A stretch of 64,000 bases of DNA, from assembly GCA_964016885.1 (NCBI GenBank), contig OZ024743.1, forward strand, positions 4,588,001 to 4,652,000, in the 5' to 3' direction. The translations under genes and the position numbers were made by a program. Positions 24,790 to 38,216 of the stretch are shown one piece after another; position 1 is the first letter of the stretch, and every line of letters begins with the position of its first letter. The notes below the pieces were generated by a model, which saw nothing but the letters and a program-made list of their open reading frames with translations, was not told the DNA's origin and did no database searches. This stretch comes from Eledone cirrhosa (Eukaryota).

Positions 24790-24958
24790 ATTGAGGCACA
24801 AGGCCAGTAATTTGGGGGTGTGGAAAAGTCAATTATATTGATCTCAGTACTTAACGATCTCAGAAGAATGAAATTAAAGTTGTCCTCGGTTGGATTTCAA
24901 CTCAGGATACCTTAGACATTTTGTTCGATCCTTTAACGGTTCTGCAAATCTACTACCC
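24790..24958 (-). mobile_element. Degenerate SINE family A
   Basis: ggcacaaggccagtaattt...cctcggttggatttcaactcag. Confidence 0.6.
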
Positions 24959-25966
24959 TAATATATATATCTATAATATATAGATATATAATATAGATAT
25001 ATAATAGCAAAATTTCTTCTTGGAACTTCAGTAATTAGTTACTTATTATTTCTGAACAATATATTAATTATAAAACAATGAAATATCAGGTTTATGAGAT
25101 ATACATATGCAACATATCTGATCATGTCGGCTGTCTAGCAGTCAGTAAGAGAATAATTTTCAAATAAATTACTGAGTTATTTCCCTTATGGTAGTCAGGA
25201 AGTAAATTTTAGAGAGGATTCATATATTGTTTTTAAATTAATAAATTAAACAAAAAAGGTATCTAATTGCTCATCAGGGATGTCTTATAATACAATTTAT
25301 TTCATGGGTGCTCTTACTAACTACTCCAGAGCCTCTTCCACATATGACGTCAATTCTCCCTGTAAAACTACCTGTGATTTCACTAGACATTTTGTATACC
25401 AATAGTTTATATTGGATAAAATATATGAAATAATCACCTGCTCCATTTCTGCAAATCAATCATAGACACTTCCCTGGTGGCAGTAGATATAATTCTTTTT
25501 TCCTTCTAAATGTGTTGTCTTTAATAGATTTATTTTGAGGTCACTTTATAAGTTGTTGTTATTTTGTCCTAGATCTACCTTGATTGAGTGGATCTCTGAT
25601 TAGTTGTTTCAGTTGTGACCATCTTATCAAGTGTAAGTAAAGCTACATTATTTACTGTAGACATTTTTCAGTTGATCAAATTTGACTTATGTCTGGAGCA
25701 TTCTGTTTATTGTGAAAAGTGATGATAAAAGTAATTGATGAAGCTAGAAAATAAAGCTAGAAAATTTCTTCCTTCTAGAAGATGACATTAAAGACAAAAC
25801 TGTTTAAACTAGCAAACTTATTGATTTCATTAAAATATCCTTACATCACACACACGCACACAGGCAATCTCTGAACTGGTTTTCCATTTCCAGTTTGTCT
25901 TTTACTTATGCTGTTAATACCTAACAAACTCATTATCCATCCTCTACAAATCTCATGTTCTGTTTC

Positions 25967-27990
25967 ATCATCATCATCATCATCATCACCATTTTATGCC
26001 CATTTTCAAAGGTTGAATGAGTCCTTTCCAGCACAGCGTTTCTCCACTTACCGTGGTCCTTCTTCAACTCCACTGTGAGATTCAGTGGTTTCAGATCAAC
26101 TCTCACAAAATTTGTCCAGATCGTTCTTGGCCTCTTTCTACTGTAGCTCCCTTCCAGTAGGATTTCTTGGCACTTTTTCACCCAGCAATCATCATGTGAT
26201 TCATAAGCATCACATGACCACATCAGTGCAGCCTTCTCTCCTGCACATTACATCTGATTCCTCTTATATCCAGCTTTACTTTCAGCTCATCTATGCTTTG
26301 TTTTTCAGACATATTAACATTGCACATCCATTGAAGCATCCTTGCTTCATTTTTCTCCAGCCTTTGCATATCCTTAACATTCACTGCCCATATCTCACTA
26401 CTGTGCAACATCACACTTTGCATACGAGTCATACATCTGGTCTTGCTTTTGTAATGAGAAACCTTTTGCTGTCAATAGAGGTAGTGGACTCCATGAAGTT
26501 TTTTCATCCTGTTCTTACTCTAGCTATTATACCCTGGATTCAGGCTCTTCCACGTGATCACCTAGGTAGCAGAAGTTATTGACAACTTCTATGAAGTTTA
26601 ACTGGGATTGGAAAACGTTTATTTTACTGATACTTTTACTACTATCCCTGTGCATATGCCATATACAAAGATTATATTTTCTGTTAGTTTTCCTGCTATC
26701 CCACTACACCTCTTGTGAATTCAAAATTTACATTGTGAACATCATATAGAGTTACTCCTTTTCTACATGTCGAGCAAAGCTACTTTTCTAATGAGATCAG
26801 GATTCTGTCTTCTTTCTTGCTTATCAAAACTTTAGTTTTCCCCAAGTTTACTCTAAGCCCGTTTGACTGTAAGATGTTTCCTAAACCAGAATTTCTTGTC
26901 TAGTTCTACCACTGATTTGGCTATAAAAATTAAGTCATCAACATACAGAAGTTCCCATGGATAGTAAATCTTAAACTCCTGTTATGGTCTGGAGAAATAT
27001 AAACTGAAGTGGGCTGAGGAATGAGCCTTGATGAATGCCTACCTGCACTTTGAATTCCTCACTAAACGCATGACCTACTCTCACCTTACTAACAGCTCTT
27101 CGGTACATGGCTTGCACTGATCTCACAAGCCATTATTTTTCTACACCTAGTTTCCTTAAGGACCACCAGATGACAGCACATAGTACTCTGTCAAAGGCTT
27201 TTTCCAGATAAACAAAAGTTAGGAACTTCTTAGTTAGAAACTTCTCAAAAAAACCAAACATCTATGGTGCTCCTCCCTGGCACAAAACCAAATTGCATCT
27301 CATCTAATTTGACTCTTCCCCTAATTAGTTGGTCTATTAGTTTTATGCCTTTGCAGTTGTTCCTTTCTGGTGCATCACCTTTTCCCTTGTAACAATTAAT
27401 GAGTACACTACTATGCTAGTCATTGGGTAGGACCCCATCTTGTACTGCCTGTTTGATTATACAGGTGACTAGTTTAACTCCTACTTCCACAGATTTCAGC
27501 ATCTCAGAGACTATCTCTGATGGACCAGTGGCCTTACAATTTTTCATCTCTTCAATTGCTTCCTTGACCCTATAACTGTAAATTTTGATAGCTGGTACTA
27601 ATGTTGGTTCAACTGGTAGTAGTCTCTCTTTCTCCCACTCATTCTAACTTTCACCAACCTCACATTATAGCATTTCAGGCCTATTTCTTTTGGGTGTCAG
27701 TGTCATTTCAACCACACTTTTCCCCAACACTGTCAAGGTTATACCAGACACACTGCTTAGCAATGTGGAACACCTCATATATCTGATCCTCACATCACAA
27801 GACATTGGAAAACTTCCTGCTTTCAGTTTCTTTGCTTGCTATGTATACCTATCAAGATTTGCTTATAGCTACTTGATATTGATCTTTGCTGTGCCTACTT
27901 TTCTAAACCTTCCACACTTGCCTCTTACATTTAACAACTTTATCTACAGCATTGTTCCACCATTATGTCACCATCTGTTGAGCTGGTTCT
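25967..27990 (-). mobile_element. 5'-truncated degenerate RTE-clade LINE (RT plus C-terminus, (ATG)n tail)
   Basis: MQFGFVPGRST, LEKAFDRV..VIWWSLRKLG, VGIHQGS..SP, PWELLYVDDL, QSVMLHSSEIWAV...MLQWMCN, KRPRTIW; many stops. Confidence 0.9.
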
Positions 27991-28058
27991 TTGTTCCAGC
28001 TACTGTATTAATAATTAATAATTCAAGATAGAAATTGTTTAAAATATTAAGTATAATG

Positions 28059-29192
28059 TTATAAAATAGTTTTATTCAATCTTTCAATAAGTTCTGTGTA
28101 TTTTTTACCATCTTTTGTAATGTACACAAGGGAAGGTATATTATCCCCAAATTCTTTTAGTTCATAATATCTTATTTGAATAGTTTCTTTACTAAATTTG
28201 AACACACGTGAATAGTTAATAATCTCTTGTTTAGAAAAACCACACACATTTTGTAAGAAATTCAGAATGTTTTCCACTTTTTTTATTTTTACAGACAAGA
28301 GTTGTGGATGTTTCTTTACCATTGAGTCAATAGTAGTAGAATCACAATCAAGTTGTTTACAAAGATATTCTTCAGTACTTTGGCAATCACCATAGATAGA
28401 AGCCTTCTCAGACATAGCTTTAATCATTAAATCAAATTCCTCTTCATCAGCTTTCATAATCATCGATAAACATTGCTGCCATATAAAAGATGGTATTTTA
28501 AACTTCTTTATAGTCATTAATCTATTTTCAGTAAGAGAAAGTGGATAAGCTAATAACCATATCTTATCTGGAATAATAGTCTTCATGTCACTATCAATGG
28601 CTAAATATTGCTCCACCTTCTTCTGTATTGTTGACAACTTGGATCTTTCTAACCACTCTGATGATTCTAGAATCTGATGAATTTTAGATTCTGAACAACC
28701 CAAATAGTTGACAAGGAGACTACATTTGTCCTGAAATTCTTGCCGTGCTTGTGTGTCCTCCATATATGTCTCATAGCGACGTTTAAAGTCCTTATTAGTG
28801 ACATTAATCATCCAAAGACGTACATGTTTTTGATCAGTATTAAACTTCAAACTTTCAATCCTGGACTTAACCGTTTCATACTTACGTTTAAAGATATCAG
28901 GATATGTGAAAACATCCTGACCACTAATAGAATGGTAAACAAACAAGTCAACCAAGTTTTTGAACTTGGAACGCTTCATTTTCACAATTCTATAATTATG
29001 GTTGAGAAAATCTAAACACTGTTTTTCATTACATGAAAGCCTTTCAGTCAAATATTTTTGCCGCCAGATATATTCTTGATTTGAGTTGTTACTATAGCAT
29101 GTTTGATTCAGAATCAAGTTGTAGTTACCAATTCGTAATAAAGAAAAACAAGAAAAACTCCTTAAACTGAACTTGGATAAAAGATTCACTTT
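28059..29192 (-). CDS. mTERF-family mitochondrial transcription termination factor-like protein, main coding exon
   Basis: 376-aa open frame with mTERF-like repeats (YLGCSESKI..., YLCKQLDC...VKKHPQLL...ILNFL...GFSKQEI...RVFKFSKETI..R..EL); polypyrimidine-AG acceptor at 29193-29194 in phase 0; S/L/K/R-rich, acid-free N-terminus. Confidence 0.85.
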   Translation of the reverse strand, partial: KVNLLSKFSLRSFSCFSLLRIGNYNLILNQTCYSNNSNQEYIWRQKYLTERLSCNEKQCLDFLNHNYRIVKMKRSKFKNLVDLFVYHSISGQDVFTYPDIFKRKYETVKSRIESLKFNTDQKHVRLWMINVTNKDFKRRYETYMEDTQARQEFQDKCSLLVNYLGCSESKIHQILESSEWLERSKLSTIQKKVEQYLAIDSDMKTIIPDKIWLLAYPLSLTENRLMTIKKFKIPSFIWQQCLSMIMKADEEEFDLMIKAMSEKASIYGDCQSTEEYLCKQLDCDSTTIDSMVKKHPQLLSVKIKKVENILNFLQNVCGFSKQEIINYSRVFKFSKETIQIRYYELKEFGDNIPSLVYITKDGKKYTELIERLNKTIL

Positions 29193-29840
29193 CTGAAAAG
29201 AAAAAAATAGAAAATTATGTTATATAACTACATTTTAAAATATTGAGTACTCATTAATAAAATATATAAACTAATCAAACTCATGAGATACTAAGCATAC
29301 ATCAATCTTAGTCACTTAAACTGTTGTCCAGAAAATTTAAGACATTCTAGTAATAAATCCTATTAAAAACCAATTTTCAAAGAATCTGAAATTCTAATCT
29401 CAGAATTCTTCTCTTCATCAACAACAAAATTCAAAATTAATGGAAAATCAATTCAGGGACTGAAAATATTTAAAATTCAAAAAGAAAACATCTATCTTAA
29501 ACATAACTTGTACTGACTCAGGATAATATTAAAATATTAATAATAGATAAGGCATTTACAACTCAAGATACATAGCTCAGCATGTAAGTAATTTATATGT
29601 AAAAAATATCAACAAGCAATGGTATTAATTAGTACACAGATAAATTGGTATTTTTAACACCTATCCAAATCATAATCCAAAGAAATGAATGTTAATAATT
29701 TAGATTATCAAATTACTATTTTTAAGAAAAATCCAGTTATTGCATTAGGTGATTAAGAAATGTTTTAATAGATTCTATCCAATTTATCTTGATGAAAAAG
29801 AAAAGACTATTCAACAACAAAAGAAAGTTTCCAGAATTAA

Positions 29841-30058
29841 CCCTTTAGCATTTAAATCAGCCATATCTGGCCAGAATTCTCTCACCTCTTTCTGTTCAAA
29901 CTAGCTGTAACCGGTCACTTATACCCATGTTAAAATATTGTTCTCAAAATAAATATCAAAATCTCATAGATTCGGTATTATATGAGATAATTATGTAAGA
30001 TAAAGCTTTTACCATGAAAATACAATAGTAAATATAGAGTAATGTGAATTCAACATGG
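29841..30058 (+). mobile_element. piggyBac-type MITE (right TIR decayed), intronic
   Basis: TTAA-ccctttagcattta...ggTTAA; body matches 56359-56568. Confidence 0.75.
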
Positions 30059-30484
30059 TTAATAACAACTGGCTGCACCATTGAATGAGGGAGTTCTTAT
30101 GCAGACACTTGAGTTGCTAGCGTTAGCAGTTAAATCTCTATAAAATCCCAACCCTATCATCTTAAATATAAGGACACATTGGATACTGTTGTCTTAGTTG
30201 CATGCATAATCTAATAATCTATGGAAAGGTATGGATGTTATAACTCCCATCTCATTACCTGCTTCTCCTCCTCCTCTCTTTCTCTAGAATGAACAGAACT
30301 AACCACTGATTGATAAACCCCACTGACCATGAACATCCAAGCAACTGACCATTTATTGCACTGATAGCACTAGTGCAAAGATAGAATGTATCCAGTACTA
30401 TTTCTAAAGTGGTTGAAAAACAGTTGAGACAATTTAGTGTAAAAAGAACCTTTCAGTTCTGCCAAAAACATAACCTCTCTAGAG

Positions 30485-30712
30485 CTGGTACCATGATAAA
30501 ATACATTCAATAGACTCTGTAAAGTGGTTAGTGTGAGGAGGAACATCTAAACATAGAAATCATGTAAAATCTGGAATATATGAGCATGACATGGTCATTC
30601 ACCAAGTATTTTATATTCCAAATAAAAACTGACATGAACTATAATGATCCATCCAACCTCTGCCAATGTGGACAGTTGGTGTATGACGACGATGATGATG
30701 ATGATGGTTGAT
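30485..30712 (+). mobile_element. Degenerate SINE family C (Meta-like domain, (GAT)n tail)
   Basis: actctgtaaagtggttagtgtgaggaggaacatc...ccaacctctgccaatgtggac...gatgatgat. Confidence 0.6.
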
Positions 30713-32498
30713 GATGATGATGGTTGAGGTTGAGGTGGTGGTGGTGGTTGTGGTGATGATGATGATGATGACGATGGGAGTGGTGGTGGTAGTGGTGGTG
30801 ATGATATATGGGATATTTCTTTATTTTATGTTATAGGCTCACATATCATCTGTTGAATGACTGGCCATATTACAATTTATGCTTCAAAGAAACTGACATT
30901 TCTTCTTCTCAAATAAAAAAAAAACAATTATGTAATACTTAATTTGAGAAGAGGAAATGGTAGGTAACTGGTAAAGTAATTAAAAATAAAGTTATCTGAA
31001 GAGTGAAAGATATATACTTCAAATCCAAAGAGGCTTGTCCCTCTTTTTCTATCTTCAATTAGCACATGTAATGTCTAATATTACATATTTTAAATCCTTT
31101 TACCAAATACTGAAATTTTCCTACATTAATTATTCTGGTTACACAGAAAATGGGAAAAAAAAAGAAAAAAAATCTCCATGAGAAAACATCAAAATAATTC
31201 TAAAGTAATCAGTAAGGTAATGTTACCAGTATAATATTAAATATTCTCAAATCAAGGATTTAATAGCCAAAGAAAACACAGATGAAAGCTATGTTGGCGT
31301 TGACTGAATGGATTTGTAATACGTAGAAAAAAATAATCACATAAAAGGCCTCTTTAGATACACGCCTAACTAATATATGAATTTAAAAAAAAGATAAAGA
31401 CAAATGGAGTAAAACTTCTTTAAAAAACTTCTTGTTTATCTTAGTGTTACTAACCAATAATACTTATAAAATTATGCTTTTCAACTTCCAGCTTATGAAG
31501 TCTTAGAAAAAAATCCTTCTAAACCAAGGGAAATAACTCTGGCGGAGCGTAATGTAAAACAGAGTTTCATACATAGCTAATGTTATTGAGAATGAATGAA
31601 CATCACACAAGCTTATTTCTCACTTTTATGAATAAGAAAATTTATACTTAAGTAAGAAATTATATTAGCCTGAATTGATTGGTCCTTCGAATTAAGATAT
31701 CTATAGATTATTTGTGAATTTACTCTAATAAGCATTAAAACATTCAACCCCAAAATAACTGCACAGAGTTAGAGAGTTAGAATGTGTGCAAATACTTCTC
31801 CTTTGGAAGATCTATAAATGAATAATATACAGAATTTCAGAGGAGAATAAAATGCTGCATTACCTTCACCTGGCTCATGTTCAATTCAGAAAGCTGTGAA
31901 ATACTAATTAATTATAAAGTAATTCTGCTGCGTACAATGATGAACTGAAGTTATGCCACACTATCTTCTTCAAGCTAGATAGACTCAACCAATAATAGTT
32001 TAACTGCTTATTCATTTTTTTTTTTTACATTTGTTTTAGTCATTTTTTTTATACATTATTATACACAGCTGATGAAATATGAAGTATTGATACTTTAGCA
32101 CATGACAGACACTGCCTATGGTTTTTTAAATAATTTTGAAAATAATCAAAAATTTTAACTACTGTATATACTAAAATATAAGCTGAAGAATACGTGACCA
32201 AAAAATCGATGGTAAAATGAGAGTAGACTTAAATTCAAGGTCAATATTTTGACGATTTTCACCAAGTTTTACATAAATATTGTGCTAAAATATCTGGAGT
32301 GATTATTTCACAATGAAACATTGTTTTCCTACATTTCCTTTATTGCCAGGAGTCTTATTTCTGCATTGCCTTGAGAACATTCATACAAAGTTTTAATCCA
32401 TAAATATCTCCTACACAACACACACGTGCCAACTGTTTTTCTCTGGGGTTTACGTAGTTATACTTTTTCTTTCAATCGTAATCGTTGTCATCGTTTAA

Positions 32499-32723
32499 CC
32501 CTTTAACTTCACATTACTCTATATATACTATCATAATTATTCACATCGAATCTATGAGATTTTGATGATATTATTATTCACTTTGATAACAAGACCTTAA
32601 TATCAGTATGAGTGGCTAGTTACGGCCGGTTTGAACAGAAAGAGGTGAGAGAATTCTGGCCGGTTTGAACAGAAAGAGGTGAGAGAATTCTGGCCGGTTA
32701 TGGCCAGTTTGAATGCTAAAGGG
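32499..32723 (-). mobile_element. piggyBac-type MITE
   Basis: TTAA-ccctttaa...aatgctaaaggg-TTAA. Confidence 0.8.
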
Positions 32724-33764
32724 TTAAAGTCCATCTTCCACGCTAGCATGTTTTGTTTTATTTTGCTCATTCCCTCTCTCTGTTTCCCTTTTCTCATTCT
32801 CACCCTTTCTTTTTTCTTGCTCTTGCTTGCTGTAAATAATCTACCTGCTTGTACAATATTAAATTGTCTCCAAGTTTTTCATGGTACACATTTTATTCGA
32901 TGTATATATTAAATAAAACTGTCACATTTGGGAGATAATGCTATTGTTTGCTTAGAAAAAAAAGAAGCAAAATGCTCCCAGCATTTGATTAGCCAAAAGT
33001 AAACAAAAATTTGAGAAACTTAGAACTTTATAAAACAGATGAAATGGTAAAAACGTCATTACATATTGGATTTGTGAAAATGACACTTAAATCATTTTAG
33101 ATATCAAAAAAATTTGTAAATATTTTCTCCACTTATAAGAATTTCAAAACAAAACCATAATGTGTTGATTAGCTGATAAATGGGATTTAGATAAATGGGA
33201 TTTAGATTTTTGTCCATTTCTCAGACATAAAATAGAGGGTCAGCTTATATTCAAGTTGGTGCTTGAAACATAAGATTATTAGGTAAAATTATGAGGGAAG
33301 GTTTTTAGATAAATATAAACACTTTATAACAGTTTTGCAAAATAAAACCAGGGGTAGTTTCAGGCAGTTTGGTATCTGAAAGATTAATAACTCAGTTATC
33401 CCAATGTCCCACTCTTAGAATATTCTATTTTTCATCTTATCCACTCATCCTGAGGAATGGGCTATTTGTGATCATGGAATCAATGTTCCTAACCATTATA
33501 CTATAACAAGAAAAGTCAGAATACAATGAACAGAATGGAATGCTTTAATTATTTAAGTCAAAACAAAGAGTATCAATAATAAGTAGCACGATCTTGCTTA
33601 AGATCTCATCTACAATAATGGGGACATTTCAAGATATATAAGCAACATACATAAAGTAAGTAATTAAGGTACCAATATTTTCTTATGTTCTAAAGCAGTG
33701 ATCCACAATCTCTTTTAGAAGGTTTTATTATCATCCAAAACTATCATCATTATTACTTTTCTAA

Positions 33765-33958
33765 GGGCGGTGGATTGGCAGTATCGGTAGAGGGTCGGAC
33801 GCCATGCTTTGAAGCAAAAAGTTACGGTCCTTTATGGTCTGAGTTCAAATCCCGCCGAGGTTAACTTTGCCTTTCATCCTTACGGGGTCGATAAAATAAA
33901 GTACCAGTAATGCACTGGGTAATTACTGGCCTTGTGCCAAAAGTAGAAACAATTATTA
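33765..33958 (+). mobile_element. SINE family A, young copy with TSD attattacttttct
   Basis: Full-length; duplication on both flanks. Confidence 0.92.
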
Positions 33959-34194
33959 CTTTTCTGTGAATATAATAATATAATGAAAATATAGACACAA
34001 ATAATAAATACAATTAACTATTGCTAGGAATCTTATAAATATAATGCACAAAAATATATGATTAAAGCGAGAGAAAAACAAACAAAAAAAAACATCAATT
34101 CATCACCAAGTGCGTCAGTCACACACCACAAGGGTGAAAGGAAATTTTTGAGACTCAAAAATTTCCTTTAACTTTTACAACATTAATGCAAGTG

Positions 34195-35550
34195 ATGGCG
34201 AGCCTAAGGTGCTGAAACAACCAGGCACCCTCACAGGCATCATATGATACTTCAGTAAGGTGATGGTGACAAGAACTTTGCTGTCAACAGCCCAACTCCA
34301 CCATACGTCTTGAATGCCACAGTCTGGAAAATATAGTTATTTGATAGTTTCCAGTATTTTAAGATTTTATTCCATTCACCAATGGAAGAGGTGATCTTCA
34401 CATTTATGGCGGCATCCATGATGTGGAGCAAAAGAGTCACTGTAGCGTCCCAGATGAGACAGCTGCCTCTTACCCAGAGAAAAGGGTAACAGCATCTGGT
34501 CTCTTCCCATCAATTCTGGATAATCCACTTGGCTACAGAACTGAGAGGATATTTACCAGAGCCTGGACCCAATTAATGATCAGGTTTAGCTTGGTGTAGC
34601 AGGTGAAGTGACCAGCATTCAGGAGGCAAGACAAACCATGAAGGCCTGTGGAGTCGAGAAGCCTACCACAGTGACATCTCAGACCCTCACCCACATCGGC
34701 TCTCACTTGGAGTGCAATGGAGCTCGTCCAGACTGAGAAAAACACCAATGTTGGCCACATGCAGGGCATCAACCCAGTCCCCAAAGAATTTTACTCTTGC
34801 AGAAAGTAAACACTTTAAAAATAGATCAGATTAATCAGAGAGAGAGAGAGTTGAAAGAGTCGTTCGAACACAGATTGTCCCATACACTTTGCTTCCTCGT
34901 CAGTATCAGGAATTGACAAACCTAGCTCTCTCCACTGTAGTAAAGTTTCATATATCTCCCTGGTGCAACAGATCCATATTGGAAAGGATGTCACCTACTA
35001 AAGAGGAGCAGGCGTGGATGAAAGAAAGAAAGCAAGGTAGAGGTAGAGATGACCATTTACGCAAACCGAGACCTCCAAACGATTTGGACAAGGCAACCAG
35101 GTCAAAGGACTCTGGAGAGAACCTGACATTGACCAAGCCCTCGAGTTCACTGAAAGTTAAGCTGTTAAAGTGTTGGAGAGATGACAAGAATCTATTAGAG
35201 GGACGAACTCTGAGGAAATACAACTTAGGAATTGACAAATAATTCCTAAATATAATTTTTAAAACCTTGGTGAGCCTTAATAGCCTCAAAGTTTTTTAAA
35301 AGTTGCTCAAGGATAGTTAACTTAGATCGAGCACCAAGCTGATGAAGGAGGAACTGCGACAGAGGGAAGGGACTCTGTAATCAGGTTTTCAGTCTGTTGG
35401 TGTAAAGCTGGGTGGTTGAGGGACCAGAGCTCGGTAATCAGGTGTAAAGCTGGGTGGTTGAGGGACCAGAGCTCACATTTGGAACTGTTGATAAGAAGGC
35501 CTCTACAACCCAGTTCCTCAATCATTGTCATCGCGGTTGCGAGGACCTTA
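34195..35550 (-). mobile_element. Degenerate CRE-clade non-LTR retrotransposon (RT end, CCHC knuckle, RLE), intronic
   Basis: GLLINSSKCELW; LSKSFGGLGLRK; RCHCGRLLDSTGLHGLSC; GKRPD; IWDATV; FQTVAFKTYG. Confidence 0.85.
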
Positions 35551-35996
35551 TCTGACGAGACTGAGGATGAAGATGACAGTTGTTTGATTGATGTTGACGA
35601 GGTTGGGGTTGATAATGACGAAGTGGAAGTGAAAACCCAGTGACGAGTTACAATGATTTCCCTTCTTCCCTATGAAGGTCACAATCATTACAATACTTTA
35701 TTTAGGATAAAACATTCCGAGTCACGTCAACTAATACCAAAAAAAGGTTATGGTATATTCAGGTGAAATATCCATTTACTTTCTAAAAAAGAAATTAAAC
35801 TTCACAGTATCATTTTATCTAACTGTATGTGTGTGTACATCACGGCAAGCATGTGTGTAGTGTTTACACTATTTCCTCATGATAGAAAGAACGCACAAGC
35901 ATAACACAAAGAAGTGGATTTAACCGAACAAGCTGTTAAACATAGAAACTTGTAATAAAGGGGGAGGTTTTAAAACAAATAGAAATCAATATTTAC

Positions 35997-36008
35997 CGTC
36001 GAGTACAT
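35997..36008 (-). CDS. Predicted first coding micro-exon of mTERF-like gene (MYST)
   Basis: ATG TAC TCG ACG|GTAAAT phase-0 donor joins phase-0 acceptor at 29192, giving MYSTKVNLLSKF... Confidence 0.6.
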
Positions 36009-36009
36009 A

Positions 36010-36560
36010 TTTTCTGATTAAGTGGGGAATAAGTTTAATATATATATTTTTTAAATTACGTTTAAGAAATTAGAAAGTGTTAATGTCTGAATAAAAGGAA
36101 GTGACAGAATAAAAACATAAAAACTTCCTAAATACAATTATAGGAGCATACGGAAAATAATCTACTGTAAATAATAAGTCCAGCCTCGAAAATTTTCTTT
36201 TACATAACATTAGTGTAACTTATTTAATTCAAAATAGTCAATATTGTCATATACATTATTTATATCATATTATTTACAAAACTTTTATCCGATTTTTTAT
36301 TAATAAATTGAAAAGCAACTGGCACTAAATTCTATGCGTCAAAACATTGAAATATTAAAAACAGGTTTTTACACATAACACCGTGTAGAGTGATGATTTT
36401 AAAATAGTTGACTATCTACGTAGTTTTTAACACCTTGTTAAGAAAAAAGAAATGTCATTTTGCTACGAACAATATATTTTTACATTACTAAATTATTGCA
36501 TGTTAAATATGGATCATGATACCAAAAGTTAATTTTATTTTTTTCAAGTCCAGGTATGAA
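36010..36560. promoter_or_regulatory. Putative bidirectional promoter; candidate plus-strand non-coding exon donor CAG|GTATGA at 36553
   Basis: Divergent genes; ETS-like GGAAGT (about 36097) and ACTTCC (about 36123); CpGs retained locally. Confidence 0.45.
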
Positions 36561-37284
36561 CTTTGTTTTTACTCATCAAATTTCATCGAATATTCACTGA
36601 AACAAATGTGTGTGTTTCTCATTTATCTTTTTCTATTGCTGCTTTTAAGCATTATTTTCCAATGTCCGTCTCATGCGCACCATTTCTAAAGTGTATCGTT
36701 TCTTTTTATGTGAGGCTCGGTTATTTTCATTATTTGCAAAATATGAAATCGATTTGTTTCACTTTATATAACTGTTTAATCCTTGGTACTTAATGACTGC
36801 TATATTGATTTGGCAGTGTCAGATGTATTCATGTTCTATTCGTTATAACTTGCATCCTGAATATTTGATCAAAATGTATCGTATTTGGTAAAAAGTAATG
36901 ATTACACTTCAGTTTGATGCCGCGACAGATGACCCCGGATTTACCAATAAGTTGACGTCTGTGTGTTCATATGTTATAACCACCTTAAATATTTAAAAAA
37001 AAGTATTATTTAACGTGAGTATTATAGTGTTTATTTCATTGCGCACAGAAAACAAATATTTCATGTTCGACTTTCAAATAATTCGAACTTGAGAGTTACG
37101 AAGAGCAGGATCCGATCATTCACTTTTTGTGTTCTCCTTTAATTTTTATATAATGTTTATGATTTACAAAAGTAACAAATCAACATCAATATAAGTCAGA
37201 AAAAAAGGAAAAAAGGGGAATGACATGCATAATCAATTACGCACTACAGCAGGAAATGTTGGTGTGCCCTCTAAAAGTTTTTGA

Positions 37285-37520
37285 AGCCAGCCAAGACACT
37301 CACGGCATTACTGCAAGTAATAGAATAGAGCAAACACCTATATGAACATCACCTGATACTTCAGTAAAATGAGCCTCCGACGATGACAACGACTTCATTG
37401 CCAGCGATCCAGTTCCCTCGAACGCCACAAACTGAAAGATGCAGTTTACCAATAAATCATGACACTTCAGTGATATACTACGCCTGGCTATTGATGCGGT
37501 GTCACCCCCCTCCTCCAACT
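37285..37520 (-). mobile_element. CRE-clade RLE fragment, highly decayed
   Basis: KCHDLLVNCIFQFVAFEGTGSLA...EVSGD. Confidence 0.6.
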
Positions 37521-37929
37521 TCGTTGTAGTATTGTAGTTTGAAAGCGATTGGACCTACCTTGCGTCTCCAATTTACTCCAGACCGAATCCCTCACTTTGC
37601 GACGTCTACGTAACTTACATCCGACTGAGGATAACAGAACCTTTCTCGCTCACGTTCTGAAAGAAAAGAGACAGTCAATAGGCCCCAAACCCTGATATGA
37701 CTTCACTTGACCTTTACTTCTGGTAAGACGTCCCCCAACTTCCAGCAGTCCCATCTCGACAGCCCATCAAGTATCTTGGATCGGAGAATTAACAAAATTC
37801 AGTGAATGTTTGAGCAAATAGTTATAGGTAGCCAATTTTCTGTGGATGCCTGGTGGCATGTGCTGACTGATAATGAGCGCTACAGTCTCAATACTATTTC
37901 AATACAGAATATAAAACTAAATTGGGTAA

Positions 37930-38216
37930 AAACCATGGAATTTGCACCTAGAAAGTTCCCCCTTAAAAGGCACAAGTTCAGGCAAAGTGTATTGTGGAAG
38001 GCCAGCAGTCTCCCCTCTCCACACCACCGATGTTGTTCAAGGGAAAGGCAATGGTCAATACAGCTTGGCATCAGTGACATCACAATTCATTTCTACAACT
38101 GAGTAAACTGGAGCAACATGAAATAAAGTGTCTTGCTCAAGAACACAATGCACCACCTGGTCCAGGAATCAAACTCACAACCTCATGATTGCAAGCCTAA
38201 GTCATACGCCTTCACA
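37930..38216 (-). mobile_element. tRNA/CORE-like SINE (family B head, different tail)
   Basis: gagtttgattcctggacc...gtgttcttgagcaagacactttatttcatgttgctccag. Confidence 0.75.

Noticed and set aside
26085-26582. 165-aa plus-strand ORF
   Set aside because: Antisense to the RTE LINE remnant
33765-33855. tRNA gene
   Set aside because: A/B boxes belong to the SINE head; no cloverleaf, followed by SINE body and TSD
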